Assembly: GCA_963666835.2 (NCBI GenBank)
Contig: CAXXGO010000003.1
Location: 288,001-352,000, forward strand
From: Phycisphaerae bacterium
GTDB lineage: Bacteria; Planctomycetota; Phycisphaerae; UBA1845
DNA length: 64,000 nucleotides
Direction: 5' to 3'
Part shown: positions 29,204-39,818 of the stretch, one piece after another
Position numbering within the stretch: position 1 is the stretch's first letter
Layout: each line of letters starts with the position of its first letter
Notes under the pieces: generated by a model
The model's input: the letters and a program-made list of their open reading frames with translations, nothing else
What the model was told of the DNA's origin: nothing
The model's database searches: none
Translations under genes and position numbers: made by a program

Positions 29204-30775
29204 ATGCCTGGTTTGCTTAGGCCATCGGCACGTGTTCCACGGGGCTCGACCACCGGTCCGCCGTGGGGACGAGCCGGATTGTGGGTAGCCGCGTTGGCGC
29301 TTAGCCTGGCCGCGGTGGGCATGGTCTTCGTGGTCCGTCAGGTCAAGTCGCTGACCGGAATGCTGCAGACGCAAGCCCAACTTAGGGCCACCCAGATCGC
29401 CGAAACCGCGCGGACGCTTGCCGACCGCCAGGTTGATTCCGTATTGCGAGAGGTTGTCGGGCACCTCCAGATGCGATCCGGGGATCCGTGGGTCCCTGGC
29501 GGGGATTGGCCGGGGTGGATCGACGGAGTCTTCGCGCACGAGGGCACCAAGATCTACACTATAGCCGAGCCTGGACTTCCGGGCGCAGAGCTCTCAGATT
29601 GGCTCAACGCTCAGCTCCTTGAAATACTGCGGAGACCCGATTCCGAGGCGGAGGGGGTCGGCAGAGACGTGATATTCGGCTCGGTGGAAGGGCAATCGCG
29701 GGTCCTTGTGTGTCGGCGCTACCGAACCGCCGCGGCAGGCTCGGGGGTCGCCGCACTGATGTTCCAGCCCGAGCGCCTGCGGGAGAATCTCGTTGAGCCT
29801 TTGCTTTCGGGACGTGACGGGCTCGAACTCGTGGAGCCGACCGGGGTCGCCAGACCTTGGTCTCAGCCGATGTTCGGTTTGGTGCGGTTCTGGGAGATAC
29901 AACCGACTCCTGACTCTCTTCGCCAACAACGATCAACGGTAATCGGGCATACCTTGGCATACGTGAGCCTGACGATTCTCGCGATGGCTACGTTGCTGGT
30001 GGCCGTCGCGTACCTTGGTCGACTGGCGCAGCGGGAGGTCGCCCTGGCGGAGATGAAGGCTAACTTCGTGGCCGACGTATCCCACGAATTGAAGACTCCG
30101 CTGGCGACGATCCAACTATTCAGCGAGACTCTCCAATCGGGGCGCGCTTCAACGGAGGAGAAACGGCAGGAATACTATGCCGTTATCTCACGGGAGACGG
30201 TCCGACTGACGAATCTCATCAACAACATCCTCGATTTCTCTCGGATTGAAGCAGATCGCCGCGAGTACACTCTGAAACCGACGGATCTTCGCGAGGTTAT
30301 TCGAGAAACGTACGAAAGCTACGTGCCTCAACTGGACCACCACCATTTCCAACACCGCCTCGTCATGTCAGATTCTCTGCCGCTGGTCGACGCAGATCGG
30401 GACGCTATCGCCCAAGTCGTATTGAATCTGATGAACAACACCTTGAAGTACTCCTCTGACGATCCGGACCTGACGATTGACGTAGCATGCGATACTCGGA
30501 GGGACCACCAGGGGGTGCTGATCTCGTTTCACGATCGTGGGATTGGTATTCGCCCCGAGGACCACGCCCGTCTGTTCGAGGGGTTTTTCCGGGCGGCGGA
30601 TTCGCGCGTCCGGCAGCGCGGGGGGACCGGGCTGGGCTTGGCGCTGGTCAAGCACATTGTCGAGGCCCACGGCGGGTCTATCCAGGTTGAATCAAGACTG
30701 GTCAAGGGTACTACTTTTCGGATATTCTTACCTGCTTCGGAGAGTACCGAATCGTCGAACGGGTCTAGTAGTTGA
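29204..30775 (+). CDS. Membrane sensor histidine kinase
   Basis: Two TMs; VSHELKTPL H-box, NLMNNTLKYS, DRGIGI, GTGLGL. Confidence 0.92.
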   Translation: MPGLLRPSARVPRGSTTGPPWGRAGLWVAALALSLAAVGMVFVVRQVKSLTGMLQTQAQLRATQIAETARTLADRQVDSVLREVVGHLQMRSGDPWVPGGDWPGWIDGVFAHEGTKIYTIAEPGLPGAELSDWLNAQLLEILRRPDSEAEGVGRDVIFGSVEGQSRVLVCRRYRTAAAGSGVAALMFQPERLRENLVEPLLSGRDGLELVEPTGVARPWSQPMFGLVRFWEIQPTPDSLRQQRSTVIGHTLAYVSLTILAMATLLVAVAYLGRLAQREVALAEMKANFVADVSHELKTPLATIQLFSETLQSGRASTEEKRQEYYAVISRETVRLTNLINNILDFSRIEADRREYTLKPTDLREVIRETYESYVPQLDHHHFQHRLVMSDSLPLVDADRDAIAQVVLNLMNNTLKYSSDDPDLTIDVACDTRRDHQGVLISFHDRGIGIRPEDHARLFEGFFRAADSRVRQRGGTGLGLALVKHIVEAHGGSIQVESRLVKGTTFRIFLPASESTESSNGSSS

Positions 30776-30865
30776 TTCCGGTGCTCCCGGCGGAGAGCGG
30801 AGTACTTGCGACGAGGTTGACTCTACTGTTTGCCATTTGCACGTTTCCACGGGAGGTTTGCTCGC

Positions 30866-31546
30866 ATGCCTAAGATCCTGGTAGCCGAAGACGAAGCTGA
30901 CATCGCCATGGGGTTACGCGATAATCTGGAGTTTGAGGGCTACGAGGTAATCGTGGCCACGGACGGCGAAGCTGCCTTGGAGGCTGCATCCGAACAGAGT
31001 CCGGACTTGGCGCTCCTTGACATAATGATGCCCAAAATGGATGGCCTGGAGGTCTGCCGCCGGATTCGACAGGCCGGCTTCATGATCCCCATCCTCATGC
31101 TCACCGCCCGAAGCCAGGAAATCGACATCATCCGTGGGCTTGAGGTGGGCGCGGATGACTACATCACTAAGCCGTTCAGCGTTCGCGAGGTTCTCGCCCG
31201 CATCAAGGCGGCGTTGCGGCGAACCGGGGCGGCTAAGGGGCTTTCCCGCACCCTCCGCATCGGGGAAACCGAGGTCGACCTGATCAAGGGCAACGTGGAA
31301 CGAGGGGACGAGCGGTTCGATCTTGGCCACTTCGAGCTGGAGATCCTCAAGATGCTGGTAGAGAACGCTGAGGCCCCCGTGGAACGTAATAAGCTCCTGG
31401 ATGTCATCTGGGGACTGGAGGGCTTCCCGGCCACCCGGACGGTGGATAACCACATCGTCAGCTTGCGTCGGAAAATCGAGCCCGACCCCAAACACCCGCG
31501 GCACATCGTCACCGTTCACAGCATCGGGTACAAGTTCGTGCCGTGA
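30866..31546 (+). CDS. OmpR-family response regulator
   Basis: ED...LLDIMMPKMDG...GADDYITKPF; RTVDNHIVSLRRKIE winged helix. Confidence 0.93.
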   Translation: MPKILVAEDEADIAMGLRDNLEFEGYEVIVATDGEAALEAASEQSPDLALLDIMMPKMDGLEVCRRIRQAGFMIPILMLTARSQEIDIIRGLEVGADDYITKPFSVREVLARIKAALRRTGAAKGLSRTLRIGETEVDLIKGNVERGDERFDLGHFELEILKMLVENAEAPVERNKLLDVIWGLEGFPATRTVDNHIVSLRRKIEPDPKHPRHIVTVHSIGYKFVP

Positions 31547-31635
31547 GAGGGGAGATTCGGCGGGGGGAATCGAATCCGGCGCAATTGGCTTGAGGGCCGA
31601 CAGTTATCGCACCGCTCGCGGTTAGAATCTGCGGC

Positions 31636-31664
31636 TTGACAGGATGAAAGCGGGGGCTTAGGTT
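31636..31664 (+). promoter_or_regulatory. Sigma70-type promoter for rpmF-plsX-fab operon
   Basis: TTGACA-N17-TAGGTT. Confidence 0.65.
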
Positions 31665-31768
31665 ACGCGATCTGAGCCACAGTCAGACGCGGTACAGGCC
31701 GAGTTTGGCGGCTGCAGTAGGGGCGGCGTTTTTACTCTTTGTTTGGCAAGACTTGTGTTGAGTGGGTT

Positions 31769-31954
31769 ATGGTTCCCGTAAAGAAGAAATCCAGGTGTCG
31801 GACTCGTACGCGCCGTGCTCATCATGCTCTGCGTCCGGTGACTCTTAGCGCTTGCCCGAAGTGCGGCAAGCCCAAGCTACCTCATTCCGCATGTTCGGTT
31901 TGTGGATACGTCAGTGCCAAGCTGGTACTACCGGTCGGTGAGAAGGAGGAGTAA
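31769..31954 (+). CDS. rpmF: 50S ribosomal protein L32
   Basis: MVPVKKKSR..TRTRRAH, CPKCG..KLPH..CSVCG; upstream of plsX. Confidence 0.95.
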   Translation: MVPVKKKSRCRTRTRRAHHALRPVTLSACPKCGKPKLPHSACSVCGYVSAKLVLPVGEKEE

Positions 31955-32967
31955 TGCCCGTTCGGGTAGCGGTGGACGCCATGGGTGGCGATCACGCTCC
32001 CGAGGTTGTCATCCGCGGCGTCCTCCGGGTTCTTGAGGAAGAACCGGCCCTGCAAGTTGTTCTGCTGGGCGATGAGCCCCGGATCCGGCAAGAGTTGTCC
32101 TCCAAAGGCGGCGGTGCGGTGGAGTCGCAGCTCCGCATCGTACACACCTCCGAAGTGATCCCAATGGATGCTCCGCCGGTGGAGGCTCTGCGTACGTACA
32201 AAGACTCTTCGCTTGTGCGGATGGCCGAGATCGCTGCCGCCGGCGAAGTTGACGCCGTAGTCAGTGCCGGCAACACAGGGGCTTGCGCAGCCGTATGTCA
32301 GTTGAAATTGAAGCCGCTTCCCTGCGTGACTCGACCGGGCATTGCCGTGACAATACCGTCGTTCCGCGGTCCGTTTGTTATTTGCGACGTCGGCGCTAAT
32401 ATTCACGCCAAACCGCGGCATCTTTTCGAGTATGCCGTGATGGCCACCCTGTACGCGGAACGCGTGATCGGAATCGCAGACCCCCGAGTTGCACTGATAT
32501 CGATCGGGGAAGAAAGCTCCAAAGGCACCGGCTTGGTCAAGAAGACGCACAAACTGCTGGAGTCTGATCCGACGATCAACTTCGTCGGTAATGCGGAAGG
32601 CCGTGAGCTGTTTGAGAACCGCTGCGACGTGGGGATCTGTGATGGATTCGTGGGCAACGTGGTGCTCAAGTTTGTTGAAGGGCTTGCGGAGGGCCTTTTC
32701 CGAACGATTGCGCGGGAGTTCGAAGACGAAGGCCCCCAGCTCCGGCAGAGGTTCGGCGAGATACTCGATCGCGTTCAACAACGGCACCACTACAGCACAT
32801 ACGGCGGAGCGCCCTTGCTGGGTGTCAACGGGGCGTGCATCATCTGCCATGGTCGTAGCAGTGATCTCGCCGTCTGCAATGCAATCAAGGCTGCCCGGAG
32901 TTTCGTGGAACACCGCTTCAATGAGGCGATCCTGGCGCGACTGAAACCGCTCCGGCAACGGGACTGA
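31954..32967 (+). CDS. plsX: Phosphate acyltransferase
   Basis: VAVDAMGGDHAP, SAGNTGA, DVGAN, CDGFVGNV, GGAPLLG, HGRS. Confidence 0.96.
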   Translation: MPVRVAVDAMGGDHAPEVVIRGVLRVLEEEPALQVVLLGDEPRIRQELSSKGGGAVESQLRIVHTSEVIPMDAPPVEALRTYKDSSLVRMAEIAAAGEVDAVVSAGNTGACAAVCQLKLKPLPCVTRPGIAVTIPSFRGPFVICDVGANIHAKPRHLFEYAVMATLYAERVIGIADPRVALISIGEESSKGTGLVKKTHKLLESDPTINFVGNAEGRELFENRCDVGICDGFVGNVVLKFVEGLAEGLFRTIAREFEDEGPQLRQRFGEILDRVQQRHHYSTYGGAPLLGVNGACIICHGRSSDLAVCNAIKAARSFVEHRFNEAILARLKPLRQRD

Positions 32968-32972
32968 ACCTG

Positions 32973-33968
32973 ATGACCGTACGCTATCCGATAGAGATTC
33001 TGGGAACCGGGATGTACGTTCCCGAGACCATCCGCGACAACAAGCATTTCGTCGATTATCTCGATACCAGCGAAGAGTGGATTGTGACGCGCACCGGCAT
33101 TCGGGAACGCCGGGTCGCGGCCCCGGAGCAAGCGACTTCAGATTTAGCCGCTGAGGCGTCCCGCCGCGCCCTCGAGGATGCTCAGCTCGAGCCGGACGAC
33201 ATCGATGCCATCATCTGCGCCACGGCAACCGGCGATCACCAGTTTCCCGCAACGGCGGCCTTCGTCCAAGCCGGTCTGGGGTGCCGGCGGCAGATTCCCG
33301 CGTTTGATGTAAGTGCGGCCTGTGCCGGCTTTCTGCACGCGGCCACTCTTGCGGCGCCGATGTTGGGCTCGGGGATGTACGACAAGGTGTTGGTGATCGG
33401 GGCGGAGACCCTGACGCGGTTTCTGAATCCCAATGACCGAGGCACGGCTATCCTGCTAGGGGACGGTGCCGGCGCCGCGATACTGGGCCGAGCTACCGAC
33501 TCCGAGAAAGGGGTTCTGTACTGCGAGCTGGGCTGTGACGGCACGCGCGCCAACCACATCATCAACCCGGCCGGAGGCTCACGCTTGCCGGCGTCTGCCG
33601 GAACGGTGGCGGAGAGCCAGCATTTTATGGTCATGCGCGGTCGTGAAGTGTACAAGTTTGCGGTGTCGAAACTGCAGGAGTTGACCGACCGGGCTTTGAA
33701 GGAAACCGGTTTGCAGCCCGATGACCTGAAGCTGGTCATTCAGCACCAATCTAATCTTCGGATTATCGAATCGGCCCGGGAGAAACTCGGGCTACCCAAA
33801 GAGAAGGTCGTCGTTAACATCGACAAATACGGGAATACCTCGGCTGCTTCGGTGATCATGGGGCTTGATGAGTCCCGCAGAAGCGGAGCCCTTGAGGATG
33901 GGGATTATATCCTGTTGTTGGCCCTCGGTGCCGGACTGTGCTGGGGATCGATGATCATCAGGGTATAA
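32973..33968 (+). CDS. fabH: 3-oxoacyl-ACP synthase III
   Basis: RTGIRERR, AACAGF, GDGAGA, HQSN, YGNTSAAS. Confidence 0.95.
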   Translation: MTVRYPIEILGTGMYVPETIRDNKHFVDYLDTSEEWIVTRTGIRERRVAAPEQATSDLAAEASRRALEDAQLEPDDIDAIICATATGDHQFPATAAFVQAGLGCRRQIPAFDVSAACAGFLHAATLAAPMLGSGMYDKVLVIGAETLTRFLNPNDRGTAILLGDGAGAAILGRATDSEKGVLYCELGCDGTRANHIINPAGGSRLPASAGTVAESQHFMVMRGREVYKFAVSKLQELTDRALKETGLQPDDLKLVIQHQSNLRIIESAREKLGLPKEKVVVNIDKYGNTSAASVIMGLDESRRSGALEDGDYILLLALGAGLCWGSMIIRV

Positions 33969-34049
33969 GAACGGTCCGGTTCGAGGCGACGAGGGAATCT
34001 CGGGGACGGTTACGCTGGTTTCAACGGCTTGATCTAGCAAGGAGAGACG

Positions 34050-34994
34050 ATGGGAAGCACAGCGGTCATCTTTCCGGGGCAGGGGTCCCAGATCGTGGGG
34101 ATGGGACGCGACGTAGCCGATCAAAGCGCGCGGGCTCGGGAGCTCTTCGCCCGCGCGAATGAGGTGCTCGGCTTTGACTTGACGCAACTTTGCTTCGAGG
34201 GGCCCGCCGAGGAGATCGAGAAGACAGACAACCAACAGCCCGCTATTTTCGTGACCAGCGCGGCAATCTGGGAGGCGTTCTGCGAAGCCGGCGGCGATCC
34301 GAAGTCCTTCTCCAGAACCGGTGGCTTGAGTTTGGGCGAGTACACTGCGCTCTATGTTTCGGGAGCGGTAGGGTTCGAGGATGCCCTGAGGCTGGTCCGT
34401 CGGCGAGGGCAGCTCATGCAGGAGGCGGCCCTGGCTACACCGAGCGGAATGGTATCTCTGATCGGAGCGGGCGAAGAGTCGGCGCTGGCGCTGTGCGAGC
34501 GAGCCCGGAATGGCGATGTGCTGGTCGCTGCGAATTTCAATTGCCCCGGGCAGATAGTCTTGTCCGGCAGCAAGGCGGCGTGCGAACGAGCGGTGGAGCT
34601 GGCCGGCGAATTCGAGTGTCGGGCGGTATCGTTGCCGGTGGCCGGGGCGTTTCACTCGCCGCTGATGGATTCGGCTGCCGAGGGGCTGCGGCCGATGTTG
34701 GCCGCTACCGAGTTTGCTACGCCTGCCGTGCCGACAATCGCCAACGTGAACGGCGAGTACCACACGGATCCGGCTGAGATTAGGGAGTTGCTTCGTAGGC
34801 AGGTAACTGAACCGGTGCGATGGCAGCGTTGCATGGAGCGTTTCATCGAAGAAGGCGTCGATCGGTTCGTAGAAATGGGCCCCGGGCGTGTATTGACGGG
34901 GCTGATGCGGAAGATCAATCGCAAAATGACCGCGGTGAACGTAAGTACTGCGGATGGGATTACTCAGGCCGCAACGTCACTGAGTGTCGCGTAG
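34050..34994 (+). CDS. fabD: Malonyl-CoA:ACP transacylase
   Basis: FPGQGSQ, GLSLGEY, AFHS, E.GPG. Confidence 0.95.
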   Translation: MGSTAVIFPGQGSQIVGMGRDVADQSARARELFARANEVLGFDLTQLCFEGPAEEIEKTDNQQPAIFVTSAAIWEAFCEAGGDPKSFSRTGGLSLGEYTALYVSGAVGFEDALRLVRRRGQLMQEAALATPSGMVSLIGAGEESALALCERARNGDVLVAANFNCPGQIVLSGSKAACERAVELAGEFECRAVSLPVAGAFHSPLMDSAAEGLRPMLAATEFATPAVPTIANVNGEYHTDPAEIRELLRRQVTEPVRWQRCMERFIEEGVDRFVEMGPGRVLTGLMRKINRKMTAVNVSTADGITQAATSLSVA

Positions 34995-35018
34995 CCCCGC
35001 CCCAAGGAGGATACCGCA

Positions 35019-35759
35019 ATGCAGGATAAGATCGCTTTGGTGACCGGCGGAAGTCGGGGAATAGGTCGGGCCATCTGTCTCGCGTTGGCCGAACGCGGGG
35101 CGACGGTTATCGCTTGTGCGCGAAACGCGGATGCCCTCGCAGAGTTGGCCGCCGAAGCCAAACAGCGGGAGACCGCTGGGCGGATCGATCCGCGGAAGCT
35201 CGATGTCACCGAGCGCGAGAGCATCGACAAGTTGGTCAAGACCGTTGCTGAGGAATACGAGCGAATCGACATACTGGTCAACAACGCGGGGATAACGCGC
35301 GACGGGCTGTTGATGAGCATGGAGGACGAGCAGTTTGACGATGTCCTCACTACCAACCTCCGCAGCGTCTTCTGGATAACCCGAGCCGTCAGCCGCCTGA
35401 TGGTGAGCCGGCGCTACGGGCGGATTGTCAACATCAGCAGCGTGGCCGGCGTGATGGGGAATCCCGGGCAGGCAAACTACGCGTCCAGTAAGGCTGGCCT
35501 GATCGGAATGACCAAGTCCGTGGCAAAAGAGCTTGGCAAGCGGAAGATCACGTGTAATGCGGTGGCTCCCGGGTTCATCAAGACGGATATGACGGCCGTT
35601 CTCCCGGACACGGTCATGGACTCCGCCAAGGGGTTCATTCCGCTCAAGCGGATCGGGGAAGCTGAGGAAGTGGCGGAGGCGGTGGCGTTTTTGGCGAGCG
35701 ACGCGGCCTCGTACATCACGGGGCAGGTCCTGCTTGTGGACGGTGGTATGCACATGTAG
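35019..35759 (+). CDS. fabG: 3-oxoacyl-ACP reductase
   Basis: [21 protein letters not shown]. Confidence 0.95.
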   Translation: MQDKIALVTGGSRGIGRAICLALAERGATVIACARNADALAELAAEAKQRETAGRIDPRKLDVTERESIDKLVKTVAEEYERIDILVNNAGITRDGLLMSMEDEQFDDVLTTNLRSVFWITRAVSRLMVSRRYGRIVNISSVAGVMGNPGQANYASSKAGLIGMTKSVAKELGKRKITCNAVAPGFIKTDMTAVLPDTVMDSAKGFIPLKRIGEAEEVAEAVAFLASDAASYITGQVLLVDGGMHM

Positions 35760-35832
35760 CGATGCCCGGAGTGGGAAGACTGTCGGACCGAAATCGCCAG
35801 GATATCACCGCAGAACAGCGACGGTGAGGGGG

Positions 35833-35861
35833 TTGCAGGGGACCGCCGACCCTATTAGTAT
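35833..35861 (+). promoter_or_regulatory. Possible internal promoter for acpP-fabF
   Basis: TTGCAG-N17-TAGTAT in the fabG-acpP gap. Confidence 0.45.
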
Positions 35862-35922
35862 TCCGGCACCCTGCAACAGTGTAGGTTTACGCATTCTACG
35901 ATTGCATCTGGAGGATTCAGCA

Positions 35923-36177
35923 GTGGCGACTGCGTTGGAAATCGAAGAGAAGGTCACTCAGATCGTCAGCGAGCAGTTGAGCGTTGACAAAAGCGAGATT
36001 GCCCGAGAGACGTCGTTCGTTAACGATTTGAACGCCGACTCACTCGACACGGTGGAGCTGGTCATGGAGCTCGAAGACGAGTTCGATCTGACCATCCCCG
36101 ATGAAGATGCCGAGAAGCTCAAGACCGTCGGTGAGGCAATCGACTACATCCAGGCACAAAAGGAAGGTAAATCCTAG
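35923..36177 (+). CDS. acpP: Acyl carrier protein
   Basis: [23 protein letters not shown] start with GGAGG RBS. Confidence 0.95.
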   Translation: MATALEIEEKVTQIVSEQLSVDKSEIARETSFVNDLNADSLDTVELVMELEDEFDLTIPDEDAEKLKTVGEAIDYIQAQKEGKS

Positions 36178-36197
36178 CCGTTGGGAGGGCGAAGGCT

Positions 36198-37439
36198 GTG
36201 GCACGACGCCGCGTCGTCATTACGGGGATCGGGGCCGTCACCCCGGTAGGATTGACGATCGATCGCTACTGGGAATCGCTTGTCACCGGTCGAAGCGGTA
36301 TTGCTACGGTTACACGGTTCGACCCCTCCGATTTCGACGCTAAGATCGGCGGCGAGTGCGCTGACTTCGATGCGTCGAACTACCTTGATCGCAAGGTTGC
36401 CAAGCGGTTGGACCGGTTTGCGCAGTTCGCTCTGGTCGCCTCAGACGAAGCCGTGAAGGCCTCCGGGCTGAACCTCGACGAAGAGGATCGTTGGCGAATC
36501 GGAGTAGTGCTCGGCTGCGGTATCGGTGGATTAAGCGAGCTGGAAGAGCAGCACTCGAGGCTTGAGTCTCGAGGGCCGGCAAAGGTCTCGCCGTTCACTA
36601 TTCCGAGGCTTATGGCCAACGCCGCCAGCGGTAACGTCTCCATCGCCGTGGGAACTAAGGGTCCCAGTCTCACCGTTACCAGCGCCTGTGCTTCGGCGAC
36701 TAACGCGATGGGCGAGGCCGCCAATCTTCTGCGTCACGGGGTGGTTGATGTGGTCTTGACCGGTGGGGCGGAAGCGGCGCTAACGCCGCTGGCGCTGGCC
36801 GCATTCGCGTCGATGAAAGCGCTGAGCACGCAGAATGATGATCCCCCGCGAGCTTGTCGTCCTTTCGACCGCGACCGTGACGGATTCGTTCTCAGCGAGG
36901 GGGCGGGAACGCTCGTTTTTGAAGAATACGAACACGCCAAACGCCGGGGCGCTCCAATCCTCGCCGAGTTCATCGGATACGGGTCGACGGCGGACGCTGA
37001 TCACATCACCCAACCGTCCGAAACTGGAGAAGCGGCCAGCAAGGCGATGGAATTGGCGCTTGCCGATGCCGAAATAGCGCCGGACCAAGTAGACTACATA
37101 AACGCCCACGGAACCGGCACCCCGCTGGGAGACAAGGCGGAAAGCCTGGCTATCAAGCGCGTGTTCGGCGATGCCGCCCGCAAGTTGGTCATCAGCAGTA
37201 CAAAGAGCTCTACGGGGCACGCGTTGGGGGCCAGCGGGGCTATTGAGCTGATCGCCACGATTCTGGCCATGAAGAACGGGGCGGTGCCGCCGACGATCAA
37301 CCTCGATAATCCGGGGGAGGGGTGCGATCTCGACTATTGCCCGAACACCGCCCGGGATGCCAACATCCGAATCGCCCTGAGCAACTCCTTCGGATTCGGT
37401 GGGCACAACGCGTGCGTTTTGGTTAAGCGAATGAGCTAA
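36198..37439 (+). CDS. fabF: 3-oxoacyl-ACP synthase II
   Basis: RRVVITGIG, SACAS, NAHGTGT, GHALGA, SNSFGFGGHN. Confidence 0.96.
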   Translation: MARRRVVITGIGAVTPVGLTIDRYWESLVTGRSGIATVTRFDPSDFDAKIGGECADFDASNYLDRKVAKRLDRFAQFALVASDEAVKASGLNLDEEDRWRIGVVLGCGIGGLSELEEQHSRLESRGPAKVSPFTIPRLMANAASGNVSIAVGTKGPSLTVTSACASATNAMGEAANLLRHGVVDVVLTGGAEAALTPLALAAFASMKALSTQNDDPPRACRPFDRDRDGFVLSEGAGTLVFEEYEHAKRRGAPILAEFIGYGSTADADHITQPSETGEAASKAMELALADAEIAPDQVDYINAHGTGTPLGDKAESLAIKRVFGDAARKLVISSTKSSTGHALGASGAIELIATILAMKNGAVPPTINLDNPGEGCDLDYCPNTARDANIRIALSNSFGFGGHNACVLVKRMS

Positions 37440-37641
37440 CCCGTCCGCTCCGCGGGTCTGAGATACTCCCGTTTTGCCCCAGTCCGGCCTGCTTCTCACT
37501 CGGTTCGGCGGAGCGAACGGAACGGGCGGGCAGGACGGAAGCCTACCGCTTTCAAGCATCGACCGCTAAACCACCGATAGGAATGTAGCAGGGAATGGTG
37601 TGCGCAGAGTTTGCGCTTGGCTTGAAACGGCGAAAGGTGGT

Positions 37642-37974
37642 ATGTCGCAGCTAACGGGTACCGGCGTCATCGGCAGATCTGCCGGCATGCCTACGTCGAC
37701 GTTCGGCGAAGCGGAAGTCAAGCGCATTCTCGGCTTATCCGTCCCGATCACGGTTGTCCTGGCGGAGCGTCTTATGCCGGTCGAAGCCGCAATAGCCATA
37801 AGGGTCGGTACAATCATCGAGTTCGACGTGTTGTTCGATGAGGAGCCGGTACTATTCGTCGGGAACAGACCCATCGCGAAGGGACAGGCAGTCAAGGTCG
37901 GCGAGAACTTCGGGCTACGCGTCACCAAGGCCTATTCCGTCGAAGACCGCATCGCGGCTATGGGTGGGAAGTAG
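37642..37974 (+). CDS. FliM/FliN C-terminal (SpoA) domain protein
   Basis: VPITVVLAE, G.IIEF, IAKGQAVKVGENFGLRV; start uncertain. Confidence 0.75.
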   Translation: MSQLTGTGVIGRSAGMPTSTFGEAEVKRILGLSVPITVVLAERLMPVEAAIAIRVGTIIEFDVLFDEEPVLFVGNRPIAKGQAVKVGENFGLRVTKAYSVEDRIAAMGGK

Positions 37975-37981
37975 GCCCTCT

Positions 37982-39214
37982 CTACAACGACCGGACGAGT
38001 CGGCGGAGCATCTTCAGGGCGTCTTCTCTCGATCCGATTACCCCGTTCAACTGCGCTCGATACACTTCATCCAAGACCCGGCTGTAAGTAGGCCCGGGGG
38101 GCAGACCAAGGTCCGACACATCTGCTCCTGAGACAAGCGGTGGGGGGTTGATTTCACCCTCGGGAATCTTCCCGGCTCGGTCCTGCAGGCGACGAAGAGC
38201 ATGATTGTTCTGCCTGCTTGCGGCGAGGTCGGCTTCGAACAGTTCCAACAGAACCGGCCATGCCGGGCGCGCCATAAGGAGCTTGAGGTCTGCCGTTTCC
38301 AGCGAGTCCTCGTTGTGCAACATTGGCAATGACGTTACCAGCCAAGAGACCACTTCGATCAGTTGCTTACTCGTGCGGAGCGCGCGGCAGATTCTCTCGA
38401 TTCGTTTCGAATCACAGTTGCGAAGACAGACGGCCATCGCCAAGGCGACATCAACGTAGCGGGGCGGCAGGGTGGTCAACCATCGAGTGGTCTGCTCATC
38501 CTCGATCTCGTCCGCGGGCCACTCCTTGACGAGGTGCGCACGAAGCCCGGTTTTCAGCAGTAACTCCCACCCGGTTACCCGGCTGGGCGCGGTGAGGATC
38601 ATCCCGAACTCCAACCACACTCGCTCAGCGCTTATAACTTCGAGCCGGTGGGCATGTTGGCGGATGGCCTCCAAGGTGGGCGGGTCAATTGTGAAACCCA
38701 GGCGGGCAGCAAAGCGTACCGCCCGCAACATCCGCAAATGATCCTCGCCGAATCGGCGGGCGGCATCGCCGATGGTGCGCAGGACACGGCCGGTAATGTC
38801 CTTTTGCCCGTCAACGTAATCGATAATCCGGTTGGTGGTCGGGTCGAGGAACAGACCGTTGATAGTGAAATCCCGCCGTTGGGCATCTTCCTCCTGGTTA
38901 CCGAATCTGACTTCATCCGGGTGCCGGCCATCGGAGTAGGTGCCGTCCGCCCGGAAGGTAGCCACCTCGATGTCATGCCCATGTCGGCGGACTAACATTA
39001 CTCCGAACTTGGCTCCCACGCGACGCGCCCACGGGAAGATCTTCTTGACTGTTTTGGGGGTGGCGTCCGTTGCGACGTCATAGTCTTTAGGGGAAATCGC
39101 CATCAGCCGGTCTCGCACACATCCCCCGGCTAAGAGCGCCACGTGGTTGCCGGCGCGCAGTTTCTCTACGACGTACAACGCGGCATTCCAGGCATCTGAT
39201 TCGGGCACACTCAT
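37982..39214 (-). CDS. cca: CCA tRNA nucleotidyltransferase / poly(A) polymerase family
   Basis: GGCVRD, DYDVAT, EVATFR, RRDFTIN, EDHLRMLRAVRF. Confidence 0.88.
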   Translation of the reverse strand: MSVPESDAWNAALYVVEKLRAGNHVALLAGGCVRDRLMAISPKDYDVATDATPKTVKKIFPWARRVGAKFGVMLVRRHGHDIEVATFRADGTYSDGRHPDEVRFGNQEEDAQRRDFTINGLFLDPTTNRIIDYVDGQKDITGRVLRTIGDAARRFGEDHLRMLRAVRFAARLGFTIDPPTLEAIRQHAHRLEVISAERVWLEFGMILTAPSRVTGWELLLKTGLRAHLVKEWPADEIEDEQTTRWLTTLPPRYVDVALAMAVCLRNCDSKRIERICRALRTSKQLIEVVSWLVTSLPMLHNEDSLETADLKLLMARPAWPVLLELFEADLAASRQNNHALRRLQDRAGKIPEGEINPPPLVSGADVSDLGLPPGPTYSRVLDEVYRAQLNGVIGSREDALKMLRRLVRSL

Positions 39215-39792
39215 TGGGCAAAGAACGTCACAGCGTGGGTTCCGGACTCGCGTTGATCCGTTATCTGCCACGCCGAATCCGGGGCATCCGTAATCCGCAC
39301 GGAGGCTGCATGGTGCAAAACGATGAACGGGCGGTTATCGTCCCGCTCCGCAAGCCGCCGTAAGAACGCAGCAAAACGGCTTCCGTCCGAAAGGTCCTGC
39401 GTATCGCGATAAGGCGGGTCAAACAGAACGAGTTCATGAGGTCGACCCGTCGGGTCCAATACCGCTGAGGCCCACGCGTCATGTGTAACCACCGTAGCTT
39501 CCGAACCGGCTTCGACAGTCTGAAGGTTCCTTCGGAGGGCGACCAGAGCCTGCCGCCCGCGTTCATAGAAGCAGCAAGACGCTGCGCCGCGGGACAAAGC
39601 TTCAAGCCCCATGGATCCGCCACCAGCGAAGACATCGGCGACCCGAATCGGGGGAAGCGCGGATGGGCAATCGTAGCGCGAACCGAGGATATTGAAGATC
39701 GACTCTCGAAGGCGGTCGGGCATCGGACGGGTCCGATCCGTCCGAGGGCGGACCAGGCGTCTCGATTTCCATTTTCCCGCGATGATCCTCAT
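39211..39792 (-). CDS. rsmD: 16S rRNA m2G966 methyltransferase
   Basis: MRIIAG, TRP.PDR.RESIFN, DVFAG.G..GLEALSRG, DPPY. Confidence 0.9.
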   Translation of the reverse strand: MRIIAGKWKSRRLVRPRTDRTRPMPDRLRESIFNILGSRYDCPSALPPIRVADVFAGGGSMGLEALSRGAASCCFYERGRQALVALRRNLQTVEAGSEATVVTHDAWASAVLDPTGRPHELVLFDPPYRDTQDLSDGSRFAAFLRRLAERDDNRPFIVLHHAASVRITDAPDSAWQITDQRESGTHAVTFFAQ

Positions 39793-39818
39793 AGCCTGCC
39801 CCGTCTTCTCGCCCGACG

